In this document: piece by piece, positions 19,813-29,081 of the stretch
Layout: every line of letters begins with the position of its first letter
How positions within the stretch are numbered: position 1 is the stretch's first letter
From: Nitrososphaerota archaeon
GTDB taxonomy: Archaea; Thermoproteota; Nitrososphaeria; PSMU01
Assembly: GCA_040290255.1 (NCBI GenBank)
Contig: PSMU01000001.1
Coordinates: forward strand, 328,699 to 392,698
Direction of reading: 5' to 3'
Length of the DNA stretch: 64,000 bases
The notes under the pieces: model-generated
Databases searched by the model: none
The model's input: only the letters and a program-made list of their open reading frames with translations
Told to the model about the DNA's origin: nothing
Made by a program: the position numbers and the translations under genes

Positions 19813-20391
19813 GTGAGGCCCTGGGAGGTGAACCTGCTGGAGGCCCTGCAGCAGCTGAGGAGCTATGCGGAAAGGCTGGGCCGCCCGCTGCCGCTCTACG
19901 GCCTGGCCGTGCGCTCCTCCTCGCTCATCTACAGGCTGAAGGTCGAGACGCTCTTCGAGGAGCCGGCCAAGAGGAGGGCCCCGCCGCGGGCCTCTTCGCT
20001 GGCCCCCCCGCCCATCCTGGACAGGCTGTCCATGCCCTTTAGGAGGGAGCCCGCGCTCGTGAGCGTGGAGGAGCTGCTGGCCGCCCTGGAGGAGCTGCTC
20101 AGGGAGGAGCCCTCGGCCCCCCAGGCCCCGCGCGCCCTTGAGCCCCTCGAGCAGCCCCAGCCCCAGGAGCTGCTCTCGGCCTCGCTCGCCCGCCACCTGC
20201 AGGAGCTGAGGCTTCGCATCCTGGAGCTCTCGGGCGTGAGGGGCGAGCTGCTCTTCAGCCAGCTCGTGGCCGGCCTAGGGGCGCAGGAGGCCGCCAGGGC
20301 CTTTCTCTGCCTCCTCTTCCTGGCCCAAGAGGGCGCCGTGCTGCTGGAGCAGCAGGAGGAGGAGATAAGGGTCGTGCCCGTGGGCGCATAG
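19813..20391 (+). CDS. scpA: segregation and condensation protein A (kleisin ScpA)
   Basis: RPWEVNLLEAL... N-terminal ScpA motif; immediately downstream of smc; start codon unresolved (frame stays open back to the smc stop). Confidence 0.65.
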   Translation: MRPWEVNLLEALQQLRSYAERLGRPLPLYGLAVRSSSLIYRLKVETLFEEPAKRRAPPRASSLAPPPILDRLSMPFRREPALVSVEELLAALEELLREEPSAPQAPRALEPLEQPQPQELLSASLARHLQELRLRILELSGVRGELLFSQLVAGLGAQEAARAFLCLLFLAQEGAVLLEQQEEEIRVVPVGA

Positions 20392-20429
20392 GCGGCCGCG
20401 GTTATATAGCTCCGTGCACGCTAAGGGGC

Positions 20430-20933
20430 ATGGGCGGCGACCTGGAGGCGGAGCTGGAGGCCCTGCTCTATGCCACCAGCGTGCCGCTGGGCCTGGATGA
20501 GCTCGCCGCCCACCTGGGCACCTCGAGGAAGAGGGCCGAGCGCGCGCTAAAGGCCGTGGCGCAGAGGCTGAACGCCACGCTGAGGGCCCTGAGGGTGGCC
20601 GAGTACCCGGGCCGTAAGTACATCCTGGAGCTCAGGCCCGAGTTCGGCCGGCTCGCCGCGAAGGTCTCGGGCAGAAGGCTCCTCCCGAGGGCGGTGCTGA
20701 ACACGCTGGCCTACGTGGCCTACTATCAGCCCATCAGCGCCTCCGAGCTGGCGCTGAAGAGGGGGAGCAGGGTCTATTCCCACCTGAAGGTGCTGGAGGC
20801 GCTGGGCTTCATAGCCTTCAGGAGGGAGGGGAGGAGGAGGCTCTGCTTCACCACCCCGCTCTTCGCGCGCTATTGGGGCCTGAGCGAGGACCCGGAGAGG
20901 ATGAAGAAGGAGCTCGCGAAGGTAAGCCTATAA
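20430..20933 (+). CDS. scpB: segregation and condensation protein B
   Basis: LEALLYATSVPL..., YVAYYQPISASEL wHTH repeats typical of ScpB; TATA-like ggttatatag upstream. Confidence 0.75.
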   Translation: MGGDLEAELEALLYATSVPLGLDELAAHLGTSRKRAERALKAVAQRLNATLRALRVAEYPGRKYILELRPEFGRLAAKVSGRRLLPRAVLNTLAYVAYYQPISASELALKRGSRVYSHLKVLEALGFIAFRREGRRRLCFTTPLFARYWGLSEDPERMKKELAKVSL

Positions 20934-20956
20934 AAGGGCTTCGCGGGCGGCCGGGC

Positions 20957-21343
20957 ATGGCCAGGAACATCCTCAAGCGCCGCCACACGGGGGCCAAGCC
21001 CAAGCCCTTCAGGGGCAGGAGAAAGCATGAGAGGGACAGGCCCCCCATCCTGACCCGGCTGGGCCCCCTGGAGGTGGTGAGGAGGAGGGCGAGGGGGGGC
21101 TCCTTTAAGCTGGGGCTGAAGAGCGCGGACTTCGCCAACGTGTACGATCCCGAGGCCAAGGCCGTAAAGAGGGCCAAGGTGATCAGGGTGCTGGAGAACC
21201 CCGCGGGCGGCGACCTGCAGAGGATGGGCATCATCACCAGGGGCGCCATAATAGAGACCGAGCTGGGCAGGGCAAGGGTCACCTCCAGGCCCTCACAGCA
21301 TGGCGTGCTGAACGCGGTCCTGCTGCCCAAGGAGGGGGCGTGA
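20957..21343 (+). CDS. rps8e: ribosomal protein S8e
   Basis: Basic N-terminus, RPPILTRLG, VRRRARGGSFKLGLKS..., GIITRGAIIET matches eS8 family. Confidence 0.8.
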   Translation: MARNILKRRHTGAKPKPFRGRRKHERDRPPILTRLGPLEVVRRRARGGSFKLGLKSADFANVYDPEAKAVKRAKVIRVLENPAGGDLQRMGIITRGAIIETELGRARVTSRPSQHGVLNAVLLPKEGA

Positions 21344-21645
21344 AGGACTACGGCCGCTATATCATATGGCTGGACTACCTTGACTCAAGGCTCAGCAGGG
21401 CCCAGGGCCGGCGCCTTCAGGTGAGCCGCTGCGTGCCCGCGCCCACGCTGGAGGAGCTGGCCCAGGCGGCGAGGGCGCTGGGCCTGGAGGCCGAGGCGCA
21501 GGAGGCCCGGCACCCCCGCCGACACCGCGTGAGGTCGGGCTATATCTCGGTGAAGAAGCCCGGCATGGGCAAGGGCCGGCTGCTGCAGGCCCTGGCCCAG
21601 GAGCTGGCCAGGATGAGGGGTGAGCGGGCAAGGCGAGGAGGCTAG
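21340..21645 (+). CDS. srp19: signal recognition particle protein SRP19
   Basis: IIWLDYLDSRLSRAQGRRL...NPTLEEL pattern of SRP19; GTGA overlap with rps8e stop. Confidence 0.7.
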   Translation: MKDYGRYIIWLDYLDSRLSRAQGRRLQVSRCVPAPTLEELAQAARALGLEAEAQEARHPRRHRVRSGYISVKKPGMGKGRLLQALAQELARMRGERARRGG

Positions 21646-21880
21646 GCCGGTGGGCAGGGCCCTTCACGTGGCCCACAGCGGCGCGCTCATCGTCAAGCTT
21701 CAGCGGCCCGTGCCCGTGGGGGCGGTGCTGGTGGATGAGCGCGGAAGGCCCGTGGGGAGGGTGACGTCGCTGCTGGGCCCCGTCGCGTCGCCCTACGCCT
21801 CCGTGAGGGTGATGACCGATAGAGTTAAAAGGGTGCTGGGCAAATACTTGTATCTCAAGCCAGGCTTGGCCCAGGGGTGA
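21620..21880 (+). CDS. gar1: H/ACA ribonucleoprotein Gar1
   Basis: GRALHVAHSGALIVKL..., VGRVTSLLGPVASPYASVR matches Gar1; conserved gar1-tfb adjacency. Confidence 0.75.
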   Translation: MSGQGEEARPVGRALHVAHSGALIVKLQRPVPVGAVLVDERGRPVGRVTSLLGPVASPYASVRVMTDRVKRVLGKYLYLKPGLAQG

Positions 21881-22818
21881 AGGGCTTGTTCAGCTCTGAG
21901 GAGAGGCCGAACTCATGCCCCTTATGCAAGCGGCCGCTCGTGGGCGACCCCGAGAAGGGGGAGGAGGTCTGCCCCCAGTGTGGCATCGTGCTGCAGGAGA
22001 GGCTCGTGGACGCCAGGCCCGAGTGGAAGGCCATCGACCTGGAGGAGAAGGAGAAGAGGGTGCGCGCGGGCTATCCGCTCACGCTCACGCAGCACGATTA
22101 TGGCCTCTCGACCTTCATACCCACCAACGATGCCGAGATGAGCGGCGTGAGCGCGGAGCTCAGGGGCGATGCCTACCGCCTCTCCAAGTGGCAGCGCAGG
22201 ATCAGGACCACGAGCCCGGAGGATAGGAGCCTCATGGCCCTGCTGAACCGCCTGAACGAAGCGGTCGAGGTGCTGCACCTGCCCGGGCACGTGGCGGAGA
22301 CGGCCGCGCACATCATAAGGTCGGCCGTGAAGACGAGGATCGCGAAGAGCAGGTCGGTCTCGGGGATCGTGGGGGCGGCCATCTATCTGGCCTGCAGGAA
22401 GTGCAATGTGAGCAGGATGATGGAGGAGATCAGCGGGCCCCTGCAGATCGACAGGAACCTGCTGGGCTACTATTACCGCTATTTGGTCCGCATGCTCGAG
22501 GGCAGCGCGGTGCCCCTGATCCCCATCGAGAACTACATAAAGAAGGTGACCGATAAGCTGGGCGCGGGCGCGGACGTGGAGCGCCTCGCGATAGAGCTCG
22601 CGAAGCGCACGAAGGACTCGGAGCTGGCGGACGGCAAGTCGCCCATGGGCCTCGCCGCGGCCTACGTTTACCTCTCGCTCATCCTGCTCAGCAAGCCCGT
22701 GCCCCAGAGGGAGGTGGCCGACGTGGCCGGCGTCACGGAGGTGACGCTCAGGAACAGGTACAAGGAGCTGCTGCAGCGCTATACGCTCGTGCAGGTGCTG
22801 CAGAGCGAGGAGCCCTAG
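21877..22818 (+). CDS. tfb: transcription initiation factor TFB (TFIIB homolog)
   Basis: N-terminal zinc ribbon CPLC...CPQC, two cyclin-fold repeats; 313 aa. Confidence 0.9.
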   Translation: MKGLFSSEERPNSCPLCKRPLVGDPEKGEEVCPQCGIVLQERLVDARPEWKAIDLEEKEKRVRAGYPLTLTQHDYGLSTFIPTNDAEMSGVSAELRGDAYRLSKWQRRIRTTSPEDRSLMALLNRLNEAVEVLHLPGHVAETAAHIIRSAVKTRIAKSRSVSGIVGAAIYLACRKCNVSRMMEEISGPLQIDRNLLGYYYRYLVRMLEGSAVPLIPIENYIKKVTDKLGAGADVERLAIELAKRTKDSELADGKSPMGLAAAYVYLSLILLSKPVPQREVADVAGVTEVTLRNRYKELLQRYTLVQVLQSEEP

Positions 22819-22821
22819 CCC

Positions 22822-23415
22822 ATGCGCCTGGCGGAGGCGAGGGCCGATGCCTTTAGGCGCCTAGCCAGGAGGGAGGGGTACCGCAGCAGGGCGGCCTACA
22901 AGCTGCTGGAGCTGGACAGGAGGTTCGGGCTCCTCGCGCCGGGCATGAGGGTGCTCGACCTGGGCGCGGCGCCGGGCTCATGGCTCCAGGTGGCCTCCAG
23001 CAGGGTGGGGCGCGGCGGCCTCGTGGTGGGCGTGGACCTCCTCGAGATAAAGCCCGTGGCCCCGAACGTGATCACGCTCAGGGCGGACCTGCGCGATAGG
23101 GCCCTCCTGGACCAGCTAAGGCCCCATGCCCCCTTCGACCTCATCCTCTTCGATGCATCGCCCAACCTCACGGGCATCGCGGAGGCCGATGCGCGCAGGC
23201 ATGGGGAGCTGCTGCTCTCGGCGGCGGGCCTGACGGCCGGGCTGCTGAGGGAGGGCGGCGCGGGGGTCTACAAGCTCTTCGAGCACCAGGAGCTGCGGGA
23301 GGCGGAGGCGGCGCTCCGGGCCCTCTTCTCCTCGGCGAGGCGCTACAAGCCCGGGGCCTCCAGGAGGAGGGGGAGGGAGCTGTACCTGGTCTGCAGGGGC
23401 TTCAGGGGAGCTTGA
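22822..23415 (+). CDS. rrmJ: 23S rRNA 2'-O-ribose methyltransferase RrmJ/FtsJ
   Basis: RSRAAYKLLELDRRFGL..., VLDLGAAPGSW, VGVDL motifs. Confidence 0.8.
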   Translation: MRLAEARADAFRRLARREGYRSRAAYKLLELDRRFGLLAPGMRVLDLGAAPGSWLQVASSRVGRGGLVVGVDLLEIKPVAPNVITLRADLRDRALLDQLRPHAPFDLILFDASPNLTGIAEADARRHGELLLSAAGLTAGLLREGGAGVYKLFEHQELREAEAALRALFSSARRYKPGASRRRGRELYLVCRGFRGA

Positions 23416-24553
23416 GCGCCGCCTCCAGCAGCGCCTCGGGCGGGGCCTCGGTCCTGAGGCCCGTGGGATCAAGGCTGGTGCGCGCGCTCCTCCAGCCCCC
23501 CTCGGCCAGCAGCTGAAGGAGCCCCTGGAGAGGGGGCGAGCTCCTCCTGAGCCTTCTGCCCAATTCGGCCAGCGTATAATAGCCCACCGGCAGGCCCGCC
23601 TCCTGTAGCGCCGTGGCCAGCAGCCTCTCGGCTTGGGGATACGCGCCCCTGGGCATGCGGGCCAGGGCCTCCGAGAGCAGGCGGGCATCGAAGAGGGGCC
23701 CTATCCAGAGCGGGCCCGCCCTGCTCACCTCCCTCCCGCAGGAGGCGCAGGCCGCCGGCGGCTCCTCGGAGGCATAGCGGTGCAGGCCCGCTGCACAGCG
23801 CACGTAATACCCCATGCCCTTGGCCGCTTCATCCGCCCTCGCGGCCCCCCTCTCGAAGGCCACGAAGGCCCTGATGTAGTGCCTGGTCACGTGGGCGAAG
23901 AGGGGCCTTATGCCCCCCTCCAGCCTCATCGCGGCCTGCGCGCTGGCGCCGTAGAGGAGCCGGACCGCGATCTCCCTGGCCTCCTCGCACCTCAGCGAGG
24001 TGCCCCCATACCTCCTCTTGGCCACGAGCGGGTGAAGGCCCATCAGCGCGGCCGTGTCCGTGGCGGAGAAGGCCAGCACGCCCCCCAGCCGCACGGCCCT
24101 CAGCCCCGCCTCCAGGAAGGGCGCGGGGGAGCCGAAGGGGTCTATATCGACCACGAGGAACCGCTCCCCCCTTCTCGCCCTCTCCGCCATGAGGTAGACC
24201 GCCTCCTCCACGGTGAAGGAGCAACGGGCCTCCACGCCGTTGAGCCGCGCCGCCTCCTTGGCCAGCTCGATGGCATAGGGGTTCAGGTCGTTGAGGTGGG
24301 CGAAGTCCATGCCCGCCTCCACCAGCACCCTGAGCCCCCTGGCCCCCACGCCCGCGAGCGCGTCCAGGTAGTTATGAGGGGGCGGCGCCAGCTGCCTGAG
24401 CGCGCCGCAGAGCAGCACCGTGACATCCCTTCCCAACCTGGCATGGGGGTTGAAGAAGGCCGGCGCGGCCGGCGGGGCCGGGGAGCTCAGCGAGCCGCTC
24501 GGCACGAGCAGCCTGGTGCGCCCCTCCACATATTCGCTGAGCTCGGCCCCCAT
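23402..24553 (-). CDS. trm1: tRNA (guanine26-N2)-dimethyltransferase Trm1
   Basis: Trm1 family architecture with ...DLNPYAIELAKEAARLNGV... SAM-binding region and C-terminal Cys cluster; start at internal Met 24553. Confidence 0.8.
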   Translation of the reverse strand: MGAELSEYVEGRTRLLVPSGSLSSPAPPAAPAFFNPHARLGRDVTVLLCGALRQLAPPPHNYLDALAGVGARGLRVLVEAGMDFAHLNDLNPYAIELAKEAARLNGVEARCSFTVEEAVYLMAERARRGERFLVVDIDPFGSPAPFLEAGLRAVRLGGVLAFSATDTAALMGLHPLVAKRRYGGTSLRCEEAREIAVRLLYGASAQAAMRLEGGIRPLFAHVTRHYIRAFVAFERGAARADEAAKGMGYYVRCAAGLHRYASEEPPAACASCGREVSRAGPLWIGPLFDARLLSEALARMPRGAYPQAERLLATALQEAGLPVGYYTLAELGRRLRRSSPPLQGLLQLLAEGGWRSARTSLDPTGLRTEAPPEALLEAALKLP

Positions 24554-24556
24554 GCC

Positions 24557-24585
24557 AAGCTTTAAGCCCCGGCCGCATATATTAT
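24557..24585. promoter_or_regulatory. interleaved divergent TATA-like elements (gctttaagcc for rnhB; gcatatatta read on minus strand for trm1)
   Basis: Two A/T-rich boxes inside the 34-bp space between the trm1 start (24553, minus) and the likely rnhB GTG (24588), each about 25-27 nt from its own start codon. Confidence 0.35.
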
Positions 24586-24587
24586 GC

Positions 24588-25229
24588 GTGCTGCTGGGCG
24601 GCGTGGACGAGGCGGGCAGGGGGGCCGTCCTGGGCCCCCTCGTGGTGGCCGGCGTCTGCCTCAGGCCCGATGCGCTTACCCTGCTGCGCGGGCTGGGCGT
24701 CAGGGACTCCAAGAGGCTCACGGCATCGGCCAGGCAGCGGCTCTTCCCCCTGCTCCTAAGGGCCTGTGTGAGGGTGGAGGTGGAGGAGCTGCCCCCCTCG
24801 CTGGTGGACAGCTATGTGGCGGGCCCGCAGGGCCCTAGGGGGCTGAACAGGCTCGAGGCGCTGGCGATGGCCCGGGTAATAGCCCGGCTGGGCGCTACGA
24901 GGGTCTACGTCGACAGCCCCGACCTAAGGCCCCTAAGGTTTAGGAGGCAGCTCAGGGAGGCGCTGAAGAGCCCTCCCAGGCTCACGGTGGCACACCATGC
25001 GGACGGCCGCTACCTGCCCGTCGCCGCGGCCTCCATCGTGGCCAAGGTGCTCAGGGATAGGCGCCTGGCCGAGCTTAGGGCCCATGGGGAGGTGGGCTCG
25101 GGCTATCCGGCCGATCCCGCCACGAGGCGCTTCCTCGCCTCCTGGCTCGCGCGCCACGGGAACCCGCCCCCCTTTGCCAGGAGCAGCTGGGGGACGCTCA
25201 AGAAGCTAAGGGCGCCGCGCCAGGATTAG
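24588..25229 (+). CDS. rnhB: ribonuclease HII
   Basis: VLLGGVDEAGRGAVLGPLVVAG N-terminus and DSK..., RNase HII C-terminal motifs; GTG start inferred (ORF-track ATG at 24552 would overlap the trm1 start). Confidence 0.8.
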   Translation: MLLGGVDEAGRGAVLGPLVVAGVCLRPDALTLLRGLGVRDSKRLTASARQRLFPLLLRACVRVEVEELPPSLVDSYVAGPQGPRGLNRLEALAMARVIARLGATRVYVDSPDLRPLRFRRQLREALKSPPRLTVAHHADGRYLPVAAASIVAKVLRDRRLAELRAHGEVGSGYPADPATRRFLASWLARHGNPPPFARSSWGTLKKLRAPRQD

Positions 25230-25892
25230 CAGGTGCTCCTTATCGAAGGGCTCGAGCCTGACCCTCTCCTCGACCCTAAAGCCGGCCGCCTGAAGCTTTG
25301 CCTCCTCCTCGCCGAAGATCCTCTCCGCGCTCTTCACGGCATCGATGCTCCTGGCCTTCACGATGAGCAGCAGCGCCCCTCCCTCCGCCAGGTAATGCTC
25401 GGCGTTCAGCAAGGCGATCTCGGTCTCATCGGGCTGCGCTATATCGCAGTAGAGCGCATCGGCCAGCCTGTCGATGGAGGCGTAATGCGTGGGCCTCCTC
25501 GCATCCTCCACGATGGGCACGACGTTTCTCCTGTGGCGCACCACCCTTTCATAAAGCTCCCGCACCACCCGCGGCGAGACCTCGACGGCGAAGACGAGGC
25601 CGCGCTCCCCTACGATGTCCGAGACGTGGCTCACGGTGGTGCCGGAGGCGGCGCCGAGATACAGCACGCAGGCCCCCGGCCTTATGGGCAGCGCGCGAAG
25701 GCCGTTGATGAGCGCGGCGGCCAGCTTGCTCCTGAAGGGATCCCAGAGCCTGAACTCCTCGCCCTCATGCCTTATCAGCGCTTCGCCATAGACGCTGGTG
25801 CCCGGGGCCAGGTTCTTGGTCAGGGGCCGGCTTCCCCCACCTTCCTCGCCCCAGAAGACGCCGGGGAACCTAGCGTCGGGCTTCACGTCCAT
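25206..25892 (-). CDS. flpA: fibrillarin-like rRNA/tRNA 2'-O-methyltransferase
   Basis: ...VYGE...RLWDPFRSKLAAA..., VLYLGAASGTTVSHVSDIVG SAM-binding motif. Confidence 0.9.
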   Translation of the reverse strand: MDVKPDARFPGVFWGEEGGGSRPLTKNLAPGTSVYGEALIRHEGEEFRLWDPFRSKLAAALINGLRALPIRPGACVLYLGAASGTTVSHVSDIVGERGLVFAVEVSPRVVRELYERVVRHRRNVVPIVEDARRPTHYASIDRLADALYCDIAQPDETEIALLNAEHYLAEGGALLLIVKARSIDAVKSAERIFGEEEAKLQAAGFRVEERVRLEPFDKEHLLILARRP

Positions 25893-25895
25893 GGC

Positions 25896-27083
25896 CTACG
25901 CGCGCCTGCGCCGCTTATAGCCCTTCTCCCCCCTCTTGGCGGGCAGGGGGGGCTTGGCGTACTTCTGCCTCAGCTCGGCCAGCTTCTCCTCCAGCTTCGC
26001 CTTCAGGCCCTCCTCTGCCTCGCCCTTGAAGTAATCGATGCGGGCGGCGATGGCGAGCAGGTTCGCGAAGAGCCTGGCTATCTTGCCCCTCTGCCACTTC
26101 GGCGCGCCGTGCACGAGCGGGTGCTGAAAGAGGATGCCGTGCTTGGGGGGCCTCGTGCCGGTCCTCAGGGCCCTGAAGAGCGCCTTCTCCGCGCCTAAGA
26201 CCTGTATCGTGCTGGCGGGGAGGCTGGCCAACCGCTCTAGGCTGCCCACCTTGGCCAGCAGCTTCGCGCCCACCAGCGCGCCCACGAGCTGGGTGATGTT
26301 CGGCGCCAGGCGCTCCATGTTCCTCTGCACATAGGAGGAGAGCTCCCTCCTAAGGGCGAGCATGCTCAGCAGCAGCCCGGCCAGCGCGGCCACCTCCCTC
26401 AGGTCCTCCTCCCTGACCTCCGCCCCCTTGCTCTCCCTCGCCGCCCTCGCGAGGGCCTCGGCCTCCTGCGACCCCAGCCCCAGCCTCGCCAGGGCCGCGG
26501 GGGCGATGAGCTCCCTCCTGCCTATCGCCTGAACGACCCTGGCATAGAGCTCCATGTCCGTGACGCGCAGCTCCAGCTCGGGAAAGTGAAGGCCGTACCA
26601 CTCCCTGAGCCTGGCCCAGAGGATGTTAGAGGCCTTATCCAGCTCCTCCACGGCCCTCACGGCCTCTATGACGTGCCTCTCGGGCTTGGCCGCGAACTCC
26701 CTGAGCCTCCTCTCCAGCCTCTCCAGCGCGAACGCCCTTATCAGCTCAAGCGCCTCCCCCTCCCCTTGGGCCAGGCCGGCCTGCTGCAGGAGCTTGGGCC
26801 TGAGGGCCGTGAGCTGCCTCCAGGCGGCGGGCTCGATGGTCCTGGCCCTGAAGCCCCTGCGCTGCGCGAGCTGCACGAGCCCCGAGGTGGGCACGCCCAG
26901 CTCCTCGACCCTTAGCCCCCTCGCGCGCTCCAGCAGCTCGGCCACCTCCCTGACCTCCTCCCCCTCCAGGAGCCTCTCCAGCGCGTAGACCCTATCGGAG
27001 GCGAAGGGCTCATAGTCCAGCAGGTCCCCCTGGGGCCCCACGAGTGCTATTCCTCCCTCGAGCGGCAGCAGATAGGCCTGCAC
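25896..27083 (-). CDS. nop5: C/D box snoRNP protein Nop5 (Nop56/58)
   Basis: NOP5 N-domain, coiled-coil and Nop domain (GAEKALFRALRTG...KHGILFQHP), KKE-rich tail; directly upstream of flpA. Confidence 0.9.
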   Translation of the reverse strand: MQAYLLPLEGGIALVGPQGDLLDYEPFASDRVYALERLLEGEEVREVAELLERARGLRVEELGVPTSGLVQLAQRRGFRARTIEPAAWRQLTALRPKLLQQAGLAQGEGEALELIRAFALERLERRLREFAAKPERHVIEAVRAVEELDKASNILWARLREWYGLHFPELELRVTDMELYARVVQAIGRRELIAPAALARLGLGSQEAEALARAARESKGAEVREEDLREVAALAGLLLSMLALRRELSSYVQRNMERLAPNITQLVGALVGAKLLAKVGSLERLASLPASTIQVLGAEKALFRALRTGTRPPKHGILFQHPLVHGAPKWQRGKIARLFANLLAIAARIDYFKGEAEEGLKAKLEEKLAELRQKYAKPPLPAKRGEKGYKRRRRA

Positions 27084-27297
27084 GGCCTTAACTGCGGGCG
27101 GGCGTTATAAAAGATGGGCGCCGGGCCAACTTAACTTAATAAGCGCAAGGGCCCCCAACCTTTTGCCCTTGACGGGGAAGGCGGCTGGCGCTGCCGCTGC
27201 TTCTGCTCTTCGCGCGCTGCGGCTTGCCAGAAGGCTGCGCTGGGCCCCTGCTCGCGTCACGGCTCAGGTTTAAAGCCAGGCGCCGGCCGGTCTGGGC

Positions 27298-28209
27298 ATG
27301 CCTTCGCTTGAAACGGAGCTGGTGGGCCTTAGGCTGAAGCACCCCTTCATGAATGCCTCCGGCTTCTACGGCATCACGGCGCCGCTGCTAAGGCGCGTCT
27401 ACGAAGCTGGCGCCAGCGCCGTCCTGACCAAGTCCACCAGCCTCCGCCCCGTGGCGGGCTATGATAACCCCACGATGGTCGAGCTGGCCGTCGGATACCT
27501 GAACGCGATAGGCCTCTCGAGCCCCGGGGCGGAGGAGCTGGCGAAGGAGCTCTCCTCCCCCCTGCTCTCGGGCGTGCCGGTTATAGCGAGCATCTTCGGC
27601 TCCAGCCCCGAGGAGATGGCGGCCGCGGGGGCCCTCTTGGCCCAGGTGCCCTGCGTAAAGGCGCTCGAGATCAACCTCTCCTGTCCTCATGTCAGGGGCG
27701 TGGGGCTGGAGGTGGGCTCGGACCCCGACCTCGTGGCCGAGATCACGCACCGGGTCAAGGCGGCCGTGAGGGTGCCGGTGATCGTGAAGCTGAGCCCCAA
27801 CGTGGCGGATATAGTAGAGATCGCCGCGGCGGCGGAGAAGGCGGGCGCCGACGCCCTCACGGCCGTCAACACGCTGAAGGCCCTGGCCGTGCATCCGGAG
27901 CTCAAGAGGCCCCTGCTCTCCCATGCCTACGGCGGGCTCTCGGGCCCCGCGCTTAAGCCCGTGGCCCTGCGCTGCGTCTACGAGCTCTACGAGCACGTGA
28001 AGGTCCCCATCATAGGCTGCGGGGGCATAGAGGGCCCGCTGGACGCCGTGGAGTTCCTGCTCTGCGGGGCCAGGGCGCTTCAGGTGGGCTCGGCCCTCGC
28101 CAAGAGGGGCCCGGGCCTATTCTCGGAGCTGGCCCAGGGGCTCGCTTCTTATATGGAGAGGGAGGGCTTCCGTGATATAGGGGAGCTGGTGGGGCTGGCG
28201 CATGGCTGA
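27298..28209 (+). CDS. pyrD: dihydroorotate dehydrogenase catalytic subunit (class 1B)
   Basis: ...FMNASG..., NLSCPH, IIGCGGI motifs. Confidence 0.9.
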   Translation: MPSLETELVGLRLKHPFMNASGFYGITAPLLRRVYEAGASAVLTKSTSLRPVAGYDNPTMVELAVGYLNAIGLSSPGAEELAKELSSPLLSGVPVIASIFGSSPEEMAAAGALLAQVPCVKALEINLSCPHVRGVGLEVGSDPDLVAEITHRVKAAVRVPVIVKLSPNVADIVEIAAAAEKAGADALTAVNTLKALAVHPELKRPLLSHAYGGLSGPALKPVALRCVYELYEHVKVPIIGCGGIEGPLDAVEFLLCGARALQVGSALAKRGPGLFSELAQGLASYMEREGFRDIGELVGLAHG

Positions 28210-29023
28210 GCACTATCACAGGCGCGTGCTCATAGAAGCGGCTCAGAGGAGGGATGAGAATACCGTGACGCTGCTCTTCAGGGACGGGGCCTGCTCCAGG
28301 GCCAGGCCAGGGCAGTACGTGATGCTCTGGGCCCCGGGCAGGGGAGAGTTTCCGCTGAGCCTCTCCCACGCATATCCCGGCGAGGGGCTGGCCGGCGTGA
28401 CGATAAGGGCCAGGAGCGAGAGGGCCCGCGCCTTTCTGGGGCTGAGCCCGGGCGAGGCCGTAGGCATCAGGGGCCCCCTGGGGACCTCCTTCAGCATCAA
28501 GGACGGGCGAGCGCTGCTGGTGGGCGGGGGCACGGGGCTGGCGCCGCTGCACCTCCTGGCCCGGGAGCTGGCGCTGCAGGGCCCGGGTCCCACGCTGATC
28601 GCGGCCGCCCGGACCTCCTCTGAGCTGCTCTTCAGGGAGGAGCTCGAGGCCCTGGCCGCGGCGGGCCGCCTCAGGCTGATCTATGCGACGGAGGATGGCA
28701 GCGCCGGCCAGCGCGGCCTGGCCACGGACGTGTTCGAGCAGGAGCTGAAGAGGGCAGCCCCCTCGGCGGTCTACGCCTGCGGCCCCGAGCCGATGGTGGC
28801 GCGCATCGTTAAGAGGGCGCTGGAGCAGGGCCTATATGTGGAGGCCAGCCTGGAGCGCCCCTTCAAGTGCGCCCTAGGGGCCTGCGGCGCCTGTGGCCTG
28901 GGCCGTTACCTGCTCTGCAGGGAGGGGCCCGTGCTGGGGCCAAGGCAGCTGGCGGAGGTGGCCGACGAGCTCGGCATATATACCAGGGACCACAGCGGCA
29001 GGAGGGTAAAGCTGCACGCCTAA
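28202..29023 (+). CDS. pyrK: dihydroorotate dehydrogenase electron-transfer subunit
   Basis: FAD/NAD-binding fold and C-terminal C..CALGACGAC 2Fe-2S ligands; overlaps pyrD stop. Confidence 0.85.
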   Translation: MAEHYHRRVLIEAAQRRDENTVTLLFRDGACSRARPGQYVMLWAPGRGEFPLSLSHAYPGEGLAGVTIRARSERARAFLGLSPGEAVGIRGPLGTSFSIKDGRALLVGGGTGLAPLHLLARELALQGPGPTLIAAARTSSELLFREELEALAAAGRLRLIYATEDGSAGQRGLATDVFEQELKRAAPSAVYACGPEPMVARIVKRALEQGLYVEASLERPFKCALGACGACGLGRYLLCREGPVLGPRQLAEVADELGIYTRDHSGRRVKLHA

Positions 29024-29081
29024 CCGCTCGCGGGGAGGTCCGTTACAAAAGCTTAAATCCCCAGTTCGCAGCTGGCGCATA

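Noticed and set aside
24552-24587. ORF-track ATG 24552 as the rnhB start (and 24420 further upstream)
   Set aside because: It would overlap the trm1 start codon head-to-head. The conserved RNase HII N-terminus (LLGGVDEAGRG) begins at the downstream GTG with a TATA-like box at -25. The longer N-terminal extension has no counterpart in RNase HII.
27120-27295. Possible ncRNA (e.g. C/D box sRNA) in the 200-bp nop5-pyrD intergenic region
   Set aside because: No C (RUGAUGA) / D (CUGA) box pair or tRNA-like structure evident; the region is explained by two divergent TATA-containing promoters. It cannot be excluded without covariance-model scans.
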